From positions 128,001-192,000 of the forward strand of contig OZ240219.1 of the NCBI GenBank assembly GCA_965197645.1: DNA of 64,000 bases, given 5' to 3'. The notes under the pieces are model-generated. The model did no database searches. It saw only the letters and a program-made list of their open reading frames with translations, and was not told the DNA's origin. A program made the position numbers and the translations under genes. Source of the DNA: Dehalococcoidia bacterium. GTDB lineage: Bacteria > Chloroflexota > Dehalococcoidia > Plut-88900. Positions 30,829 through 39,684 of this stretch are shown here, piece after piece; the first letter of the stretch is position 1; each line of letters starts with the position of its first letter.

Positions 30829-31989
30829 TCAATTGTTTAGCTGAGGCCCGAAATGCCCCCAGCCGTCTGTGACCACCGCTCCGGTTACGATATTGCGCAC
30901 CGGCACAAGCAGTTTTCTAAAATTGGAGTAGCCGATTTCTTCTCGGTGTTGTAGTTGACCTACAACGACCCCGGGATGTACCCCCATTCTGGATGAGAAC
31001 CCTCTAATCGAGTTATAGGAGTACCGAGGGCCCGTACGATCGATAAAATCTTCGAGATCTTGTTGAGCAACCAGGGTCTGGGCGGCTCTGTTATCGATTT
31101 GCTTTTCGTGTTCTGGTTGGTCAGGAGTTCGTTTGTCCGTGTCTACATCGATCGATGCATTGGAATTGGCTAGGCCATCTTGGTTCCTAACATGTTCCAA
31201 CTCGTGCATCAAAGTGTGCCAAAAGTAATCTATGCGGTCATACCTCAGTGAGATGGCAACCACAGGTGCATCGTTGGAAAGCCAGAAGCACGCTCCGTCG
31301 ATCCGAGAACCTCGAAAGGGTTCTACAACCAATAAGCGAATGCCAGCATCCGCTAAGAGTCCAGGTGCATGTCCAATCTCTTCGGGGTCAGAAGTCAAGG
31401 TGCGAAGCTCTTCGACAGCGGTAGAGTGATAGTTCGGGAAGTAGCGGTTTGCGGTCATTAGCTCGGCGATTTGCCGCGCACGATATAGCCACGCAGTCTG
31501 GGCCGGGGTGTCAGTGTGGTAGGGAGTCGATTTCCTGGCCGCATGAGCATAAAACTTCGGGGGAGTATCCAAGGTATCAGCATGGACAAACTCCATGAAT
31601 CGCTGTTCAAGGATAGCGATGTTCTCTGAGGGTTCCAGCCAATGCCTTTTGATCATCTCCTTGATCGGTCCCAATGAGTAAAGGCGTGCTCGCCTCTCTA
31701 CGGTGTTGATATCACGTGTGCGAGCCAGAGACAGTCGATACATAGATTCCAAGTTCATCCAAAACTGTGCACTAGTACCGAAAGCCGCAGCAATGCCATT
31801 AGCTGTTTCTGGGGTTATGCCGCGCTTGCCCATAATGATCTCATTTACGAGTCGAAGCGGACGTCCCAGGATCGCAGCCAAGTCTTCCTGAGTCCACCCA
31901 CGCTCTTCTATCTCTTCCCGGATGAACTCTCCAGGGGGGAACACTTCCGCAGGTAATTGTTGAGCGTCCATGCTCTTTTCCTCGGCCAT
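30829..31989 (-). CDS. higA: HigA-type HTH antitoxin fused to an ImmA/IrrE (M78) metallopeptidase domain
   Basis: FPPGEFIREEIEERGWTQEDLA, FGTSAQFWMNL, IDGACFW, FWHTLMHELEH (HExxH). Confidence 0.88.
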   Translation of the reverse strand: MAEEKSMDAQQLPAEVFPPGEFIREEIEERGWTQEDLAAILGRPLRLVNEIIMGKRGITPETANGIAAAFGTSAQFWMNLESMYRLSLARTRDINTVERRARLYSLGPIKEMIKRHWLEPSENIAILEQRFMEFVHADTLDTPPKFYAHAARKSTPYHTDTPAQTAWLYRARQIAELMTANRYFPNYHSTAVEELRTLTSDPEEIGHAPGLLADAGIRLLVVEPFRGSRIDGACFWLSNDAPVVAISLRYDRIDYFWHTLMHELEHVRNQDGLANSNASIDVDTDKRTPDQPEHEKQIDNRAAQTLVAQQDLEDFIDRTGPRYSYNSIRGFSSRMGVHPGVVVGQLQHREEIGYSNFRKLLVPVRNIVTGAVVTDGWGHFGPQLNN

Positions 31990-32282
31990 CAGTGATAGTC
32001 TTTGATGCCTACGATAACGACCTTCCTCAATTGGGAATCGCTTTTCAATTCAACTATCAACCTATATTGATCATTGAGCCGCATTGAATGGTTGTTTGGG
32101 GCCGATCTCATCTTTTCAAAATGCAATGACTTCATCGCATAGAATTCTCTCTCATCGGAAGCCGCTCGGATCATTTGCATTCGTTTCCGAAATGCCTTGA
32201 CGATTGCTGGTGAGTAGCCTCCCGTTGCACGTACATCGGTTTCGACTTGCTCAAGGTCTTTGTCGACGAACTGTACATCCAT
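31989..32282 (-). CDS. higB: HigB/RelE-family toxin
   Basis: SLHFEKM, HSMRLNDQYRLI, C-terminal IKDYH; TGATG overlap with higA. Confidence 0.88.
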   Translation of the reverse strand: MDVQFVDKDLEQVETDVRATGGYSPAIVKAFRKRMQMIRAASDEREFYAMKSLHFEKMRSAPNNHSMRLNDQYRLIVELKSDSQLRKVVIVGIKDYH

Positions 32283-32293
32283 CTCACAACCAG

Positions 32294-32347
32294 AGCATAC
32301 ATTAATCGGCCTGGGAGATCAAGTACCATTGTTACACAAATTGGTAC
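32294..32347 (-). promoter_or_regulatory. higBA promoter with an adjacent inverted repeat (possible operator)
   Basis: TTGATC-N17-TATGCT ending 11 nt before the ATG; GTACCA...TGGTAC inverted repeat at 32323-32347. Confidence 0.45.
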
Positions 32348-32478
32348 GATGGGTTATCACACTTGGACCGGGGCTCCAGCCAGTAGGAGAGAAACATGAT
32401 GGCTACGGCCACGGAACCAAAGATAGTCAGCACGTATCTCCTCCATTTCTACCGCGGCCCCTCGGCCTGTCCCGGACT

Positions 32479-32772
32479 TCAGTTCAGTCCGGCGATCATC
32501 TCGCTGGCCTGGTCCAGGGAAAAGGCCCTCATCGCCACCGTCTCGACGTAGCCCTGGGTGCCCACCTGCATCAGGAACTTCATCATCGCCTCGTCGTCGG
32601 GAAACTCGAAAACGACGACGAAGTCGTACTGGCCCATGGTGAAGTAGACATCCTTTATCGAGCCGCCCAGGGCGGCGATGTTACTCTGCAAGGACTCGAT
32701 GCGGCCCGGTGAGCTTTTCAGGTCCGCTTTTCCCTTGGACGTGTAGTTTCCCAGCACAACGTATTCAGCCAT
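32479..32772 (-). CDS. GYD domain protein
   Basis: YFTMGQYDFVVVFEFPD, ETVAMRAF. Confidence 0.85.
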   Translation of the reverse strand: MAEYVVLGNYTSKGKADLKSSPGRIESLQSNIAALGGSIKDVYFTMGQYDFVVVFEFPDDEAMMKFLMQVGTQGYVETVAMRAFSLDQASEMIAGLN

Positions 32773-32882
32773 ACTTTCATCCCTCCTTCATTGGATAGAC
32801 TGGATTATCGTTCTTACTGTTATTGACTTCAACCAGTAGCGATGACAGACTGCGCCAGTCGAGGAGAGGCGCTTCACAGGAC

Positions 32883-33677
32883 ATGCCCCCGCTATTCCAA
32901 CACCTGGATGCAGTCAGGCGCGTGCTGCAACGGTGGCCCCTGGCCCTGTTTACCGATTTCGATGGGACGGTCTCGGAGATCGTCTCGTCACCCGGGGATG
33001 CCCGTATCTCGCCGGTGTGCAGGCGTCACTTGATATCACTGTGTGAGAAGCTGGACCTGACGGCGATAGTCTCAGGACGACCAGTCGAGTTGCTGGCTAG
33101 GCTGTGCGACGTGCCCGACGCGGTATACGTCGGGAACCATGGCCTGGAGAAGATGGTAGACGGAGAGGTGGTCTCACGGCAGAACGTCGGTGACCTCACA
33201 GCCTCTGTAAAGGAAGTCATCGGCTCGGTCCAAAGACAGCTGGACCGCATCGAGGGGGTGGAGATCGAGGACAAGGGACCTGTGGTGGCGGTCCACTACC
33301 GGCAGGCCAAGGACCCGGCAGGGGCAGAGACGAAGATACTGGCCCTTCTTGGGGAGCACAGAGGCGTTACCATCGGACGGGGGAAGATGGTGATCGAGGT
33401 CAGACCCGACGTGGAGTTTTCGAAAGGACTGGCCGTCAGGGACCTGATAGCCGAGCAGAAGCTCGGCGGCGGGATTTACATGGGAGACGACCTGACCGAC
33501 GTGGACGCTCTGCGCCAGCTCAAGCAGTCCGCGATCGGGTCGTGCTTCTCGGGAGTGGGCATCGCGGTAACCGGAACGGAAACACCCCCAGAGCTGATAG
33601 AGGCATCGGACTTCACGCTGGACGGGCTGGAGGAAGTGGAGAGGTTCCTGGGGTGGCTGGACGATGAGCTGGGGTAA
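32883..33677 (+). CDS. otsB: trehalose-6-phosphate phosphatase (HAD family)
   Basis: DFDGT, IVSGR, GNHG, VHYR, GKMVIEVRP, GDDLTDVD. Confidence 0.88.
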   Translation: MPPLFQHLDAVRRVLQRWPLALFTDFDGTVSEIVSSPGDARISPVCRRHLISLCEKLDLTAIVSGRPVELLARLCDVPDAVYVGNHGLEKMVDGEVVSRQNVGDLTASVKEVIGSVQRQLDRIEGVEIEDKGPVVAVHYRQAKDPAGAETKILALLGEHRGVTIGRGKMVIEVRPDVEFSKGLAVRDLIAEQKLGGGIYMGDDLTDVDALRQLKQSAIGSCFSGVGIAVTGTETPPELIEASDFTLDGLEEVERFLGWLDDELG

Positions 33678-34724
33678 CTAGGCGAAGGTGAGGACGCGCC
33701 TAGGGTTCTCCACCAGGACCTGATCGATCTCATCCCTGCTAAAGCCCTTGCGACGCATCACCGGCACGACGTTGTCCAGGATATGAGAGTAGCCATGGCC
33801 TCCGTACCTCGTCAAACGGGTCTTGAAACAGATATCGTGGGCCATTAGCGCCCGGTCCAGACGGCCTGTTTCTCGCAGGTGGAGCACGTAGTCGAGCCGT
33901 TTGCCGTCATTGGGCTGGTCTATGGGGGACAGAGGGTAGATGGTGGTCTCCTGCCCGAACAGGTCGTACTCAATGTAGCATCCAGTCTCCGCCAGCCGGT
34001 CCAGAGTATCGTTATCGAAGATGGTCCGATCGATGTGGCTCATGATGGTCCGTTCGGGATCGCCTCCGGTCTCGCGGACGATCTCCATCAGCTCTAGCGG
34101 AGAGGACGGGTCCCTGCCCGGATGGATGAGCAGCGGAGCGCCGGTGGCCTTGTGGGCTCGGGCCGACGCCCTGAGGGACTTGCGCTCGTTGTCGGTGAGC
34201 GGCCAGGAGCAACCCACTTCGCCGATGACGCCAGCCTTGACCCCGGTATCGGCCACGCCTTCGGTTACGTCCCTGACGATCTCCTCGACGATCTCGTCCT
34301 CGCTCTTATCGTCCATGCCGGCCGGGTGGGCATCGTCTACGTAGTAGCCCGAGCCCATGATCACGTTGAGGCCCGTCGCCCTAGAGATGCGGGCCAGGCC
34401 TAGGGGGTCCCGGTTGATGCCTATGCTCGTAGCGTCCACCATCGTTGTGCCGCCCGCCCACTTGTACCTCAGGGCCTCGGCTATGGCAGCCTCTTCGTCC
34501 ACCAGCCTCAGGTTATCGAGATTGCTGCCCCAGTTGTACCGGAGCCACCAGATGTTTTCCAGGGAAACGGGCTGGCGAAAGAAATGCCTGTGACTGGCCT
34601 CCTCGGGCTCGCTGGACATCTCGGAGAGGTCTATGAGCAGGTGCTCATGGGTGTGGGTTATACCCAGCCGGGAGGGATCTATGGGCCCAAGAACGGTCTG
34701 GGCCTGACCGGTTAGCTCGCTCAT
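33678..34724 (-). CDS. phosphotriesterase-related protein (PHP/PTE)
   Basis: QTVLGPI, THEHL, GVIGEVG, IHPG, SHIDR, HDIC. Confidence 0.9.
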   Translation of the reverse strand: MSELTGQAQTVLGPIDPSRLGITHTHEHLLIDLSEMSSEPEEASHRHFFRQPVSLENIWWLRYNWGSNLDNLRLVDEEAAIAEALRYKWAGGTTMVDATSIGINRDPLGLARISRATGLNVIMGSGYYVDDAHPAGMDDKSEDEIVEEIVRDVTEGVADTGVKAGVIGEVGCSWPLTDNERKSLRASARAHKATGAPLLIHPGRDPSSPLELMEIVRETGGDPERTIMSHIDRTIFDNDTLDRLAETGCYIEYDLFGQETTIYPLSPIDQPNDGKRLDYVLHLRETGRLDRALMAHDICFKTRLTRYGGHGYSHILDNVVPVMRRKGFSRDEIDQVLVENPRRVLTFA

Positions 34725-34757
34725 CGCACCTCCGTGTGCTCCAAAGGCTCCCACCAA

Positions 34758-34901
34758 GAGCTTGTGTCAAAATGACGGATGTTTTTGTCCCAGCCGCCCG
34801 CCCTAGAACGGTTTTGTAGCAGGGGGGAACATCCCCCTAGCCCCCTGCCAGAGGAACGTTTCCCTCTGGACTCCCTCGATGGCGGATTATGAGATAGGCT
34901 C
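34758..34901. mobile_element. MITE-like family B, complete copy
   Basis: Imperfect 16-bp terminal inverted repeats GAGCTTGTGTCAAAAT / ATTATGAGATAGGCTC; interior shared with 9016-9106. Confidence 0.6.
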
Positions 34902-34978
34902 ACTAAATACGATCTTCCACTTCGCCCTTGGCAAGGAGGCCGATGCTACATAGGTTTGTCGGGCGGGACGGTGGAGGG

Positions 34979-36280
34979 TTAGCCCTTGGCTTTCTCCAGA
35001 GAGTCGGCCAAAGCCTCGATGGTCTTGTCCACGTCCTCCGCGGAGTGGGCGGTGGAGATGTAGAATTTCTGGCCGCCCTTTAGGATCCCGTTGTCCAGCA
35101 TGGCTTCGTTGAACCGCTTGAGCATCTGCCCGTCGGCGGCGAGGGTGGATCGGTAGTCGGACACCTCTTCGAGGCCGAAATAGACGTCGAAGCAGGGCGC
35201 TTCACCGGTGACAACGCCGGGTATCTCCAGCTCACGGAGAAGCCGGGTGAACTCCGACTTGATCCGGTTACCGGTAGCGAACAGTGCCTCGTAGGTGCCG
35301 GGCTTCTTGAGCTCTTTCAACGTGGCGAGACCCGCGGTCGCGGCGATGGGATTACCGCTCAGGGTACCGATGGCGGGAATGAAGGATCCTTCCTCCTTCA
35401 CCACCGGATCGAACCCACGCATGATCTCCTCTCGGCCCACAACCGCCGATAAGGGGAAGCCGCCGGCGGCGGCCTTGCCAAGGGTTGTGAGGTCCGGGGT
35501 GACGCCGTAGTACTGCTGGGCGCCGCCGTAGGACCATCGGAAGCCGCTCACGACCTCATCGAAGATCAGGGGGATCTGGTAGTGGCTGGTTATCTGGCGG
35601 AGACCTTCGAGGAAGCCAGGTTTGGGTTGGAGTATGCGCTGGGCCGGCTCGACAATTACGCCGGCTATCTCGTCGTGGTAGTCCTCGATGATAGCGGAGG
35701 TGGTCTCGATGTCATTGTAGGGACAGATGAGGACCTCGCCCTCGAGGGCCGCAGGTATGCCGGCCGAGTCCCGAGTGGCCGCGGGGAAGTCCTTCAGCTG
35801 GGTAGTGGTCACCGTCATCATCGCGTAGTCGTTGGTGCCGTGGAACGCACCCTCAAACTTGACGATCTTGTCTCGCTTGCGGAATGCCCGGGCGGCTTTC
35901 ATCGCGGCGAAGGTGGCCTCCGATCCGCTGGACAGGAACAAGAGCTTCTCGGCGCAGGGAACGGCTTCAACTATCTCCTCGGCCAGCTCCACGGCGGCTC
36001 CATTGGTGTTGAAGAATGTGGTCCCCCTGGTCACGGCCTCCTGGACGGCCTCCACGACTGCGGGATGCGCGTGGCCGATCAGCATCGGGCCAGACCCGAT
36101 CAGATAGTCCAGGTACTCGTTGCCGCTGTAATCGTAGACCTTCGTTCCTCTGCCCTCCTTGATGAGGAAGGCGCGGTCCGCTTCTTGGTGCATGTTGCCG
36201 TTGGAAGCGCCCGGAAGGTACTTGGCGGCTTTTGCCAGCAGCTGGTCCTCTTCGGAGACTCTCGGTTTCCTCGATGCCAT
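34979..36280 (-). CDS. aminotransferase class III (glutamate-1-semialdehyde aminomutase-like)
   Basis: SGSEAT, KFEGAFHG, LIFDEVVSGFR, DLTTLGKAAAGGFP, GTLSGNP. Confidence 0.88.
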   Translation of the reverse strand: MASRKPRVSEEDQLLAKAAKYLPGASNGNMHQEADRAFLIKEGRGTKVYDYSGNEYLDYLIGSGPMLIGHAHPAVVEAVQEAVTRGTTFFNTNGAAVELAEEIVEAVPCAEKLLFLSSGSEATFAAMKAARAFRKRDKIVKFEGAFHGTNDYAMMTVTTTQLKDFPAATRDSAGIPAALEGEVLICPYNDIETTSAIIEDYHDEIAGVIVEPAQRILQPKPGFLEGLRQITSHYQIPLIFDEVVSGFRWSYGGAQQYYGVTPDLTTLGKAAAGGFPLSAVVGREEIMRGFDPVVKEEGSFIPAIGTLSGNPIAATAGLATLKELKKPGTYEALFATGNRIKSEFTRLLRELEIPGVVTGEAPCFDVYFGLEEVSDYRSTLAADGQMLKRFNEAMLDNGILKGGQKFYISTAHSAEDVDKTIEALADSLEKAKG

Positions 36281-36332
36281 CACTCTTCCCCCTTCGACTT
36301 TGATGCGGATGTTTCGCATAGGATATCACGGG

Positions 36333-36398
36333 CTCACCGGCTGGTAAAACGCCCGTCTCACTGGCTGGCAAAACGCCCATCTGACCGGCTGGTAAAAC
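36333..36398. repeat. 24-bp tandem repeat, about 2.75 copies
   Basis: CTCACCGGCTGGTAAAACGCCCGT / CTCACTGGCTGGCAAAACGCCCAT / CTGACCGGCTGGTAAAAC. Confidence 0.85.
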
Positions 36399-36468
36399 AA
36401 ATCTTGCGCTCAGGCCTGGCGTGAGTTATGGTGTACGTCGATTCTCGGACCACCTCTGGGGGGCGATT

Positions 36469-36921
36469 ATGGTGCAAACTGGAGATCCAGCGCCCCACTT
36501 CAAGGCGACCTTGGACTCAGGTGATAAGGTCAGTCTGGACCAGTTCCAGGGCAAGAAAGTAGTCCTCTACTTCTATCCCAAGGACAGCACGCCGGGATGC
36601 ACCCGCGAGGCCTGCGATTTCCGGGACCAGCTGCAGGAGTTCCAGGCGAAGGACGCCGTGGTGTTGGGCGTGAGCCCCGACAGTGTGAAGTCGCACCAAC
36701 GGTTCAAGGAGAAGTTCGATCTGACATTTCCCCTGGTCAGCGATGAGAGCAAGGAAGTGGCGGAGGCCTACGGGGTTTGGAAAGAGAAGAAGAACTACGG
36801 CAGGACGTACATGGGCATCGAACGATCGACCTTCGTGATCGACGAGGAGGGTAAGATCGCGCATGTCTTCAACAAAGTGAAGGTCGCAGGGCACGCGGAC
36901 AAGGTGCTGGAGACCCTCTAG
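36469..36921 (+). CDS. bcp: thioredoxin-dependent thiol peroxidase Bcp
   Basis: LYFYPKDSTPGCTREAC, GIERSTFVID. Confidence 0.93.
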   Translation: MVQTGDPAPHFKATLDSGDKVSLDQFQGKKVVLYFYPKDSTPGCTREACDFRDQLQEFQAKDAVVLGVSPDSVKSHQRFKEKFDLTFPLVSDESKEVAEAYGVWKEKKNYGRTYMGIERSTFVIDEEGKIAHVFNKVKVAGHADKVLETL

Positions 36922-36958
36922 GGCCCGCTCCGGTGTGCATCTCGAAAAGGGGTGGATA

Positions 36959-37747
36959 ATGAGGCCAAACAAGCTTAAGCAGATGTGGAAAGAGGGCGAA
37001 GCGACGGCCGTAGCCTGGTTGGGCAGCGCCGACCCTTACATGACCGAGATTCTTGCCCACTCCGGATTCGATGCGCTGGTGCTGGACATGCAACACGGCA
37101 TGGGCATCGGGCCGGACACGGCCGCCCGGTGGCTCCAGGTGGTAAGCACCACCGATACGGTGCCCCTGGTGCGGGTGCCGTGGAACGAACCGGTCTTCTT
37201 CCAGTGGGTGCTGGACGCCGGGGCCTATGGCGTCATCGTGCCGCTGGTGAACAACGCTGAGGAGGCCGCCAAGGCCGGCATGTCCAGCAAGTACCCCCCG
37301 ATAGGATTTCGAAGCATCGGGCCTAACCGGGTCAACCTGTACGCCGGGGGCGACTACTTCGACCACGCCAATGATGAGACGGTATGCCTGGTAATGGTGG
37401 AGCACAAGGATACTATCCCCCACCTGGACGCTATGGCAGAGGCCCCTGGAGTCGACGGTTTCTACATCGGGCCCGCCGACCTGGCCATCAGCATGACAGG
37501 CACCCCGTCCAACTACAGGGATATCGAAGAGCACAACAAGGCGTCCCAGAAAGTGGTCGACGTGGCCAAGGCCCACGGGCTGGTTGCCGGCACCCACTGC
37601 GGAGGCCCCGAGGAAGCCGCCGATCGTTTCAGGCAGGGGTTCCAGCTGTGTCCCATCGCCTCGGACGGCGGGATAATGGCGGCCGGAGCTAGGGACGCCG
37701 TGGAGGCGATCAGGAAAGGCGCCGGGGGCGTCGAGCTAGCCTACTAG
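36959..37747 (+). CDS. HpcH/HpaI aldolase family protein
   Basis: LDMQHG, LVRVP, LDAGAYGVIVP, YIGPADL. Confidence 0.9.
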   Translation: MRPNKLKQMWKEGEATAVAWLGSADPYMTEILAHSGFDALVLDMQHGMGIGPDTAARWLQVVSTTDTVPLVRVPWNEPVFFQWVLDAGAYGVIVPLVNNAEEAAKAGMSSKYPPIGFRSIGPNRVNLYAGGDYFDHANDETVCLVMVEHKDTIPHLDAMAEAPGVDGFYIGPADLAISMTGTPSNYRDIEEHNKASQKVVDVAKAHGLVAGTHCGGPEEAADRFRQGFQLCPIASDGGIMAAGARDAVEAIRKGAGGVELAY

Positions 37748-37759
37748 GCTTTAGCCGTA

Positions 37760-39079
37760 TCAACTCGATGACCCGCCGCCGGCGGTTGTGTACTGTGGTG
37801 CCGGCTGGGGTTGAATCATAGGTGGGACGCCCGCCAGGTAGACCTTACGCAGAGTCGGGCCGACGATACTCAGGAGCATCACCGCGAAGAAGGCCGCCCC
37901 GCCGATGGAGAGCAACCACCCCGGATCGAAGGTATCAGCCAGTGTGCCGTTGCCCAGGTTGGCGAAGGACATCACCCCCGCGGCGTGCAGAATGTAGATG
38001 CTGGAGATGCGCCCGCGGATGGCATCGGGCACCATGGACTGCATCATGGCCAGGGTTATGACCATGAAGCCGGTTTGGAAGGCGCCCATGGCGGCGGTGG
38101 CCAGCATCCCCAGAACCAGGTTGGGCGCCACTGCCAGCCCCAACGGCGTAACGGCGCTTACGACACCGGTGATCAGCAGCAGTCGTCCTCTTAGCTGCTC
38201 GCTTCTAACGCCAGCCAGGAACAGCGAGGCGAAAAGGGCTCCCCCGCCCACGCCCATCATCAGGTAGGCTATTCCGCTCCCCTCGGTAAGGAACCTATCC
38301 TGGGCAAGGACGGGCAGCAAAGCCTCGAAGGACATGGTCAGGCCACAGTGGAAGAAGATGAGTACCACTATGTACATCAGCAGCTTGTGGGAGTAGGTGT
38401 ATCGCAATCCGGCAAGCAGATTGTAGATAACGCCCTTCGTCGGTTCCATCACGCCGCTGGATATGGTGCGAATGCGGAGCACCTGGTACAGGCCTATGGC
38501 AAAGAATCCGTTGCAGGAGAAGAAGACCCATCCGGGGTCGACGTGCATCATCAACGGAGCAATAAGCCCTGGGCCTATAAGTCGAGAGGCGTGGAACGTC
38601 GCCGAGCCCAGGGAGTAGGCGTTGATCAGGTTCTCCCGGGGCACCAGGTTAGCTACCAGAGAGAAGCCCGTTGGAGTCTGGATGGCGCGGCCGGTGCCGT
38701 GCACTAAGGACAGAAGCACCATATGCCACAGCTCTATGGTGCCGGTCAGGGCCAGAACGGTTAGGACTGCGTTTTGACCCATGTTGGCAATAAAGACCAG
38801 GGCCAGCAGATGGCGGCGCACCATCCTATCGGCCAGGTAACCGGCAAAGGGAGTAACGAGAATGTATGGCACCATCGAGGCGAAGATGATGACGCCGACC
38901 CAGGTGTTGCCGTGGTCTCCGCCCAGGTCCTTGGCCACCCATGCCCTCGCCGTTATCAGCGCCCAGGATGCCGACTCTCCGGCTATGCCCGCCATCCAAA
39001 GGGACCGGAAATCGGCGTACCGCAGCGATGGGAAGTATCTCCCGGAGATGCTGCGCCGCAGTTCGGTCAGGCCGGTCAA
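37760..39079 (-). CDS. MFS transporter
   Basis: FAGYLADRMVRR (motif A); TTG start at 39079 after GGAGGG. Confidence 0.85.
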   Translation of the reverse strand: MTGLTELRRSISGRYFPSLRYADFRSLWMAGIAGESASWALITARAWVAKDLGGDHGNTWVGVIIFASMVPYILVTPFAGYLADRMVRRHLLALVFIANMGQNAVLTVLALTGTIELWHMVLLSLVHGTGRAIQTPTGFSLVANLVPRENLINAYSLGSATFHASRLIGPGLIAPLMMHVDPGWVFFSCNGFFAIGLYQVLRIRTISSGVMEPTKGVIYNLLAGLRYTYSHKLLMYIVVLIFFHCGLTMSFEALLPVLAQDRFLTEGSGIAYLMMGVGGGALFASLFLAGVRSEQLRGRLLLITGVVSAVTPLGLAVAPNLVLGMLATAAMGAFQTGFMVITLAMMQSMVPDAIRGRISSIYILHAAGVMSFANLGNGTLADTFDPGWLLSIGGAAFFAVMLLSIVGPTLRKVYLAGVPPMIQPQPAPQYTTAGGGSSS

Positions 39080-39113
39080 ATCAACCCTCCAGCTTCGTTG
39101 AAAAGGCCTATGG

Positions 39114-39659
39114 TCAATCGGCGGAGGACAGGACTTGGGGCCACGACCCCCGGTAGAAGTCCCGTAAGGCGTCGGCGGTGCTGGGAAAGGCGAGATCATC
39201 CCAGGGGACCTCTTCCCGGGTGTAAAGCTTCATGTCCAGCGCCTCGTCCAATGGCTCGAGTTCCCCGGCCTCGATGGTGGCGGCGTAGACGATGATGACC
39301 ACGGCGGAACCCTCGTAGGAGTAGGCGCCTATCAGGCCCTTTACCGACACATCTACTCCCGCCTCCTCCCTGGCCTCCCTGATGGCCGCCTGCTCCAAAG
39401 TCTCGCCCCGGTCGACGAACCCGCCGGGAAAGACCCATTTGCCCAGGCCGGGCTCGATGCCTCGCTTCAACAGGACCAGCTTGCCGTCCTGGGTCAGGAT
39501 GGTGCAGGCGGAAACCTTGGGGTCCAGGTAGTGGATGTACTCGCAGCGGCCGCAGACCAGCCGCTCCGGGTCACCGGCCTTGATCTCCCTGAGTTTGAGC
39601 TCGGCGGCACAACGCGGGCAGTAACGAAAGCTGGAGTCTATGTGATGATGACTGGTCAT
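39114..39659 (-). CDS. NUDIX hydrolase with N-terminal zinc ribbon
   Basis: CPRC...CGRC; Nudix box GGFVDRGETLEQAAIREAREEAG. Confidence 0.92.
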   Translation of the reverse strand: MTSHHHIDSSFRYCPRCAAELKLREIKAGDPERLVCGRCEYIHYLDPKVSACTILTQDGKLVLLKRGIEPGLGKWVFPGGFVDRGETLEQAAIREAREEAGVDVSVKGLIGAYSYEGSAVVIIVYAATIEAGELEPLDEALDMKLYTREEVPWDDLAFPSTADALRDFYRGSWPQVLSSAD

Positions 39660-39684
39660 TCCGTGGAGAGTGTATCACGATATG

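Noticed and set aside
34979-36280. hemL as gene symbol
   Set aside because: Family membership is clear but it looks divergent and has no tetrapyrrole gene context; orthology is not supported.
36333-36398. Possible mini-CRISPR array
   Set aside because: The repeats are contiguous with no unique spacers, and there are no cas genes in the window.
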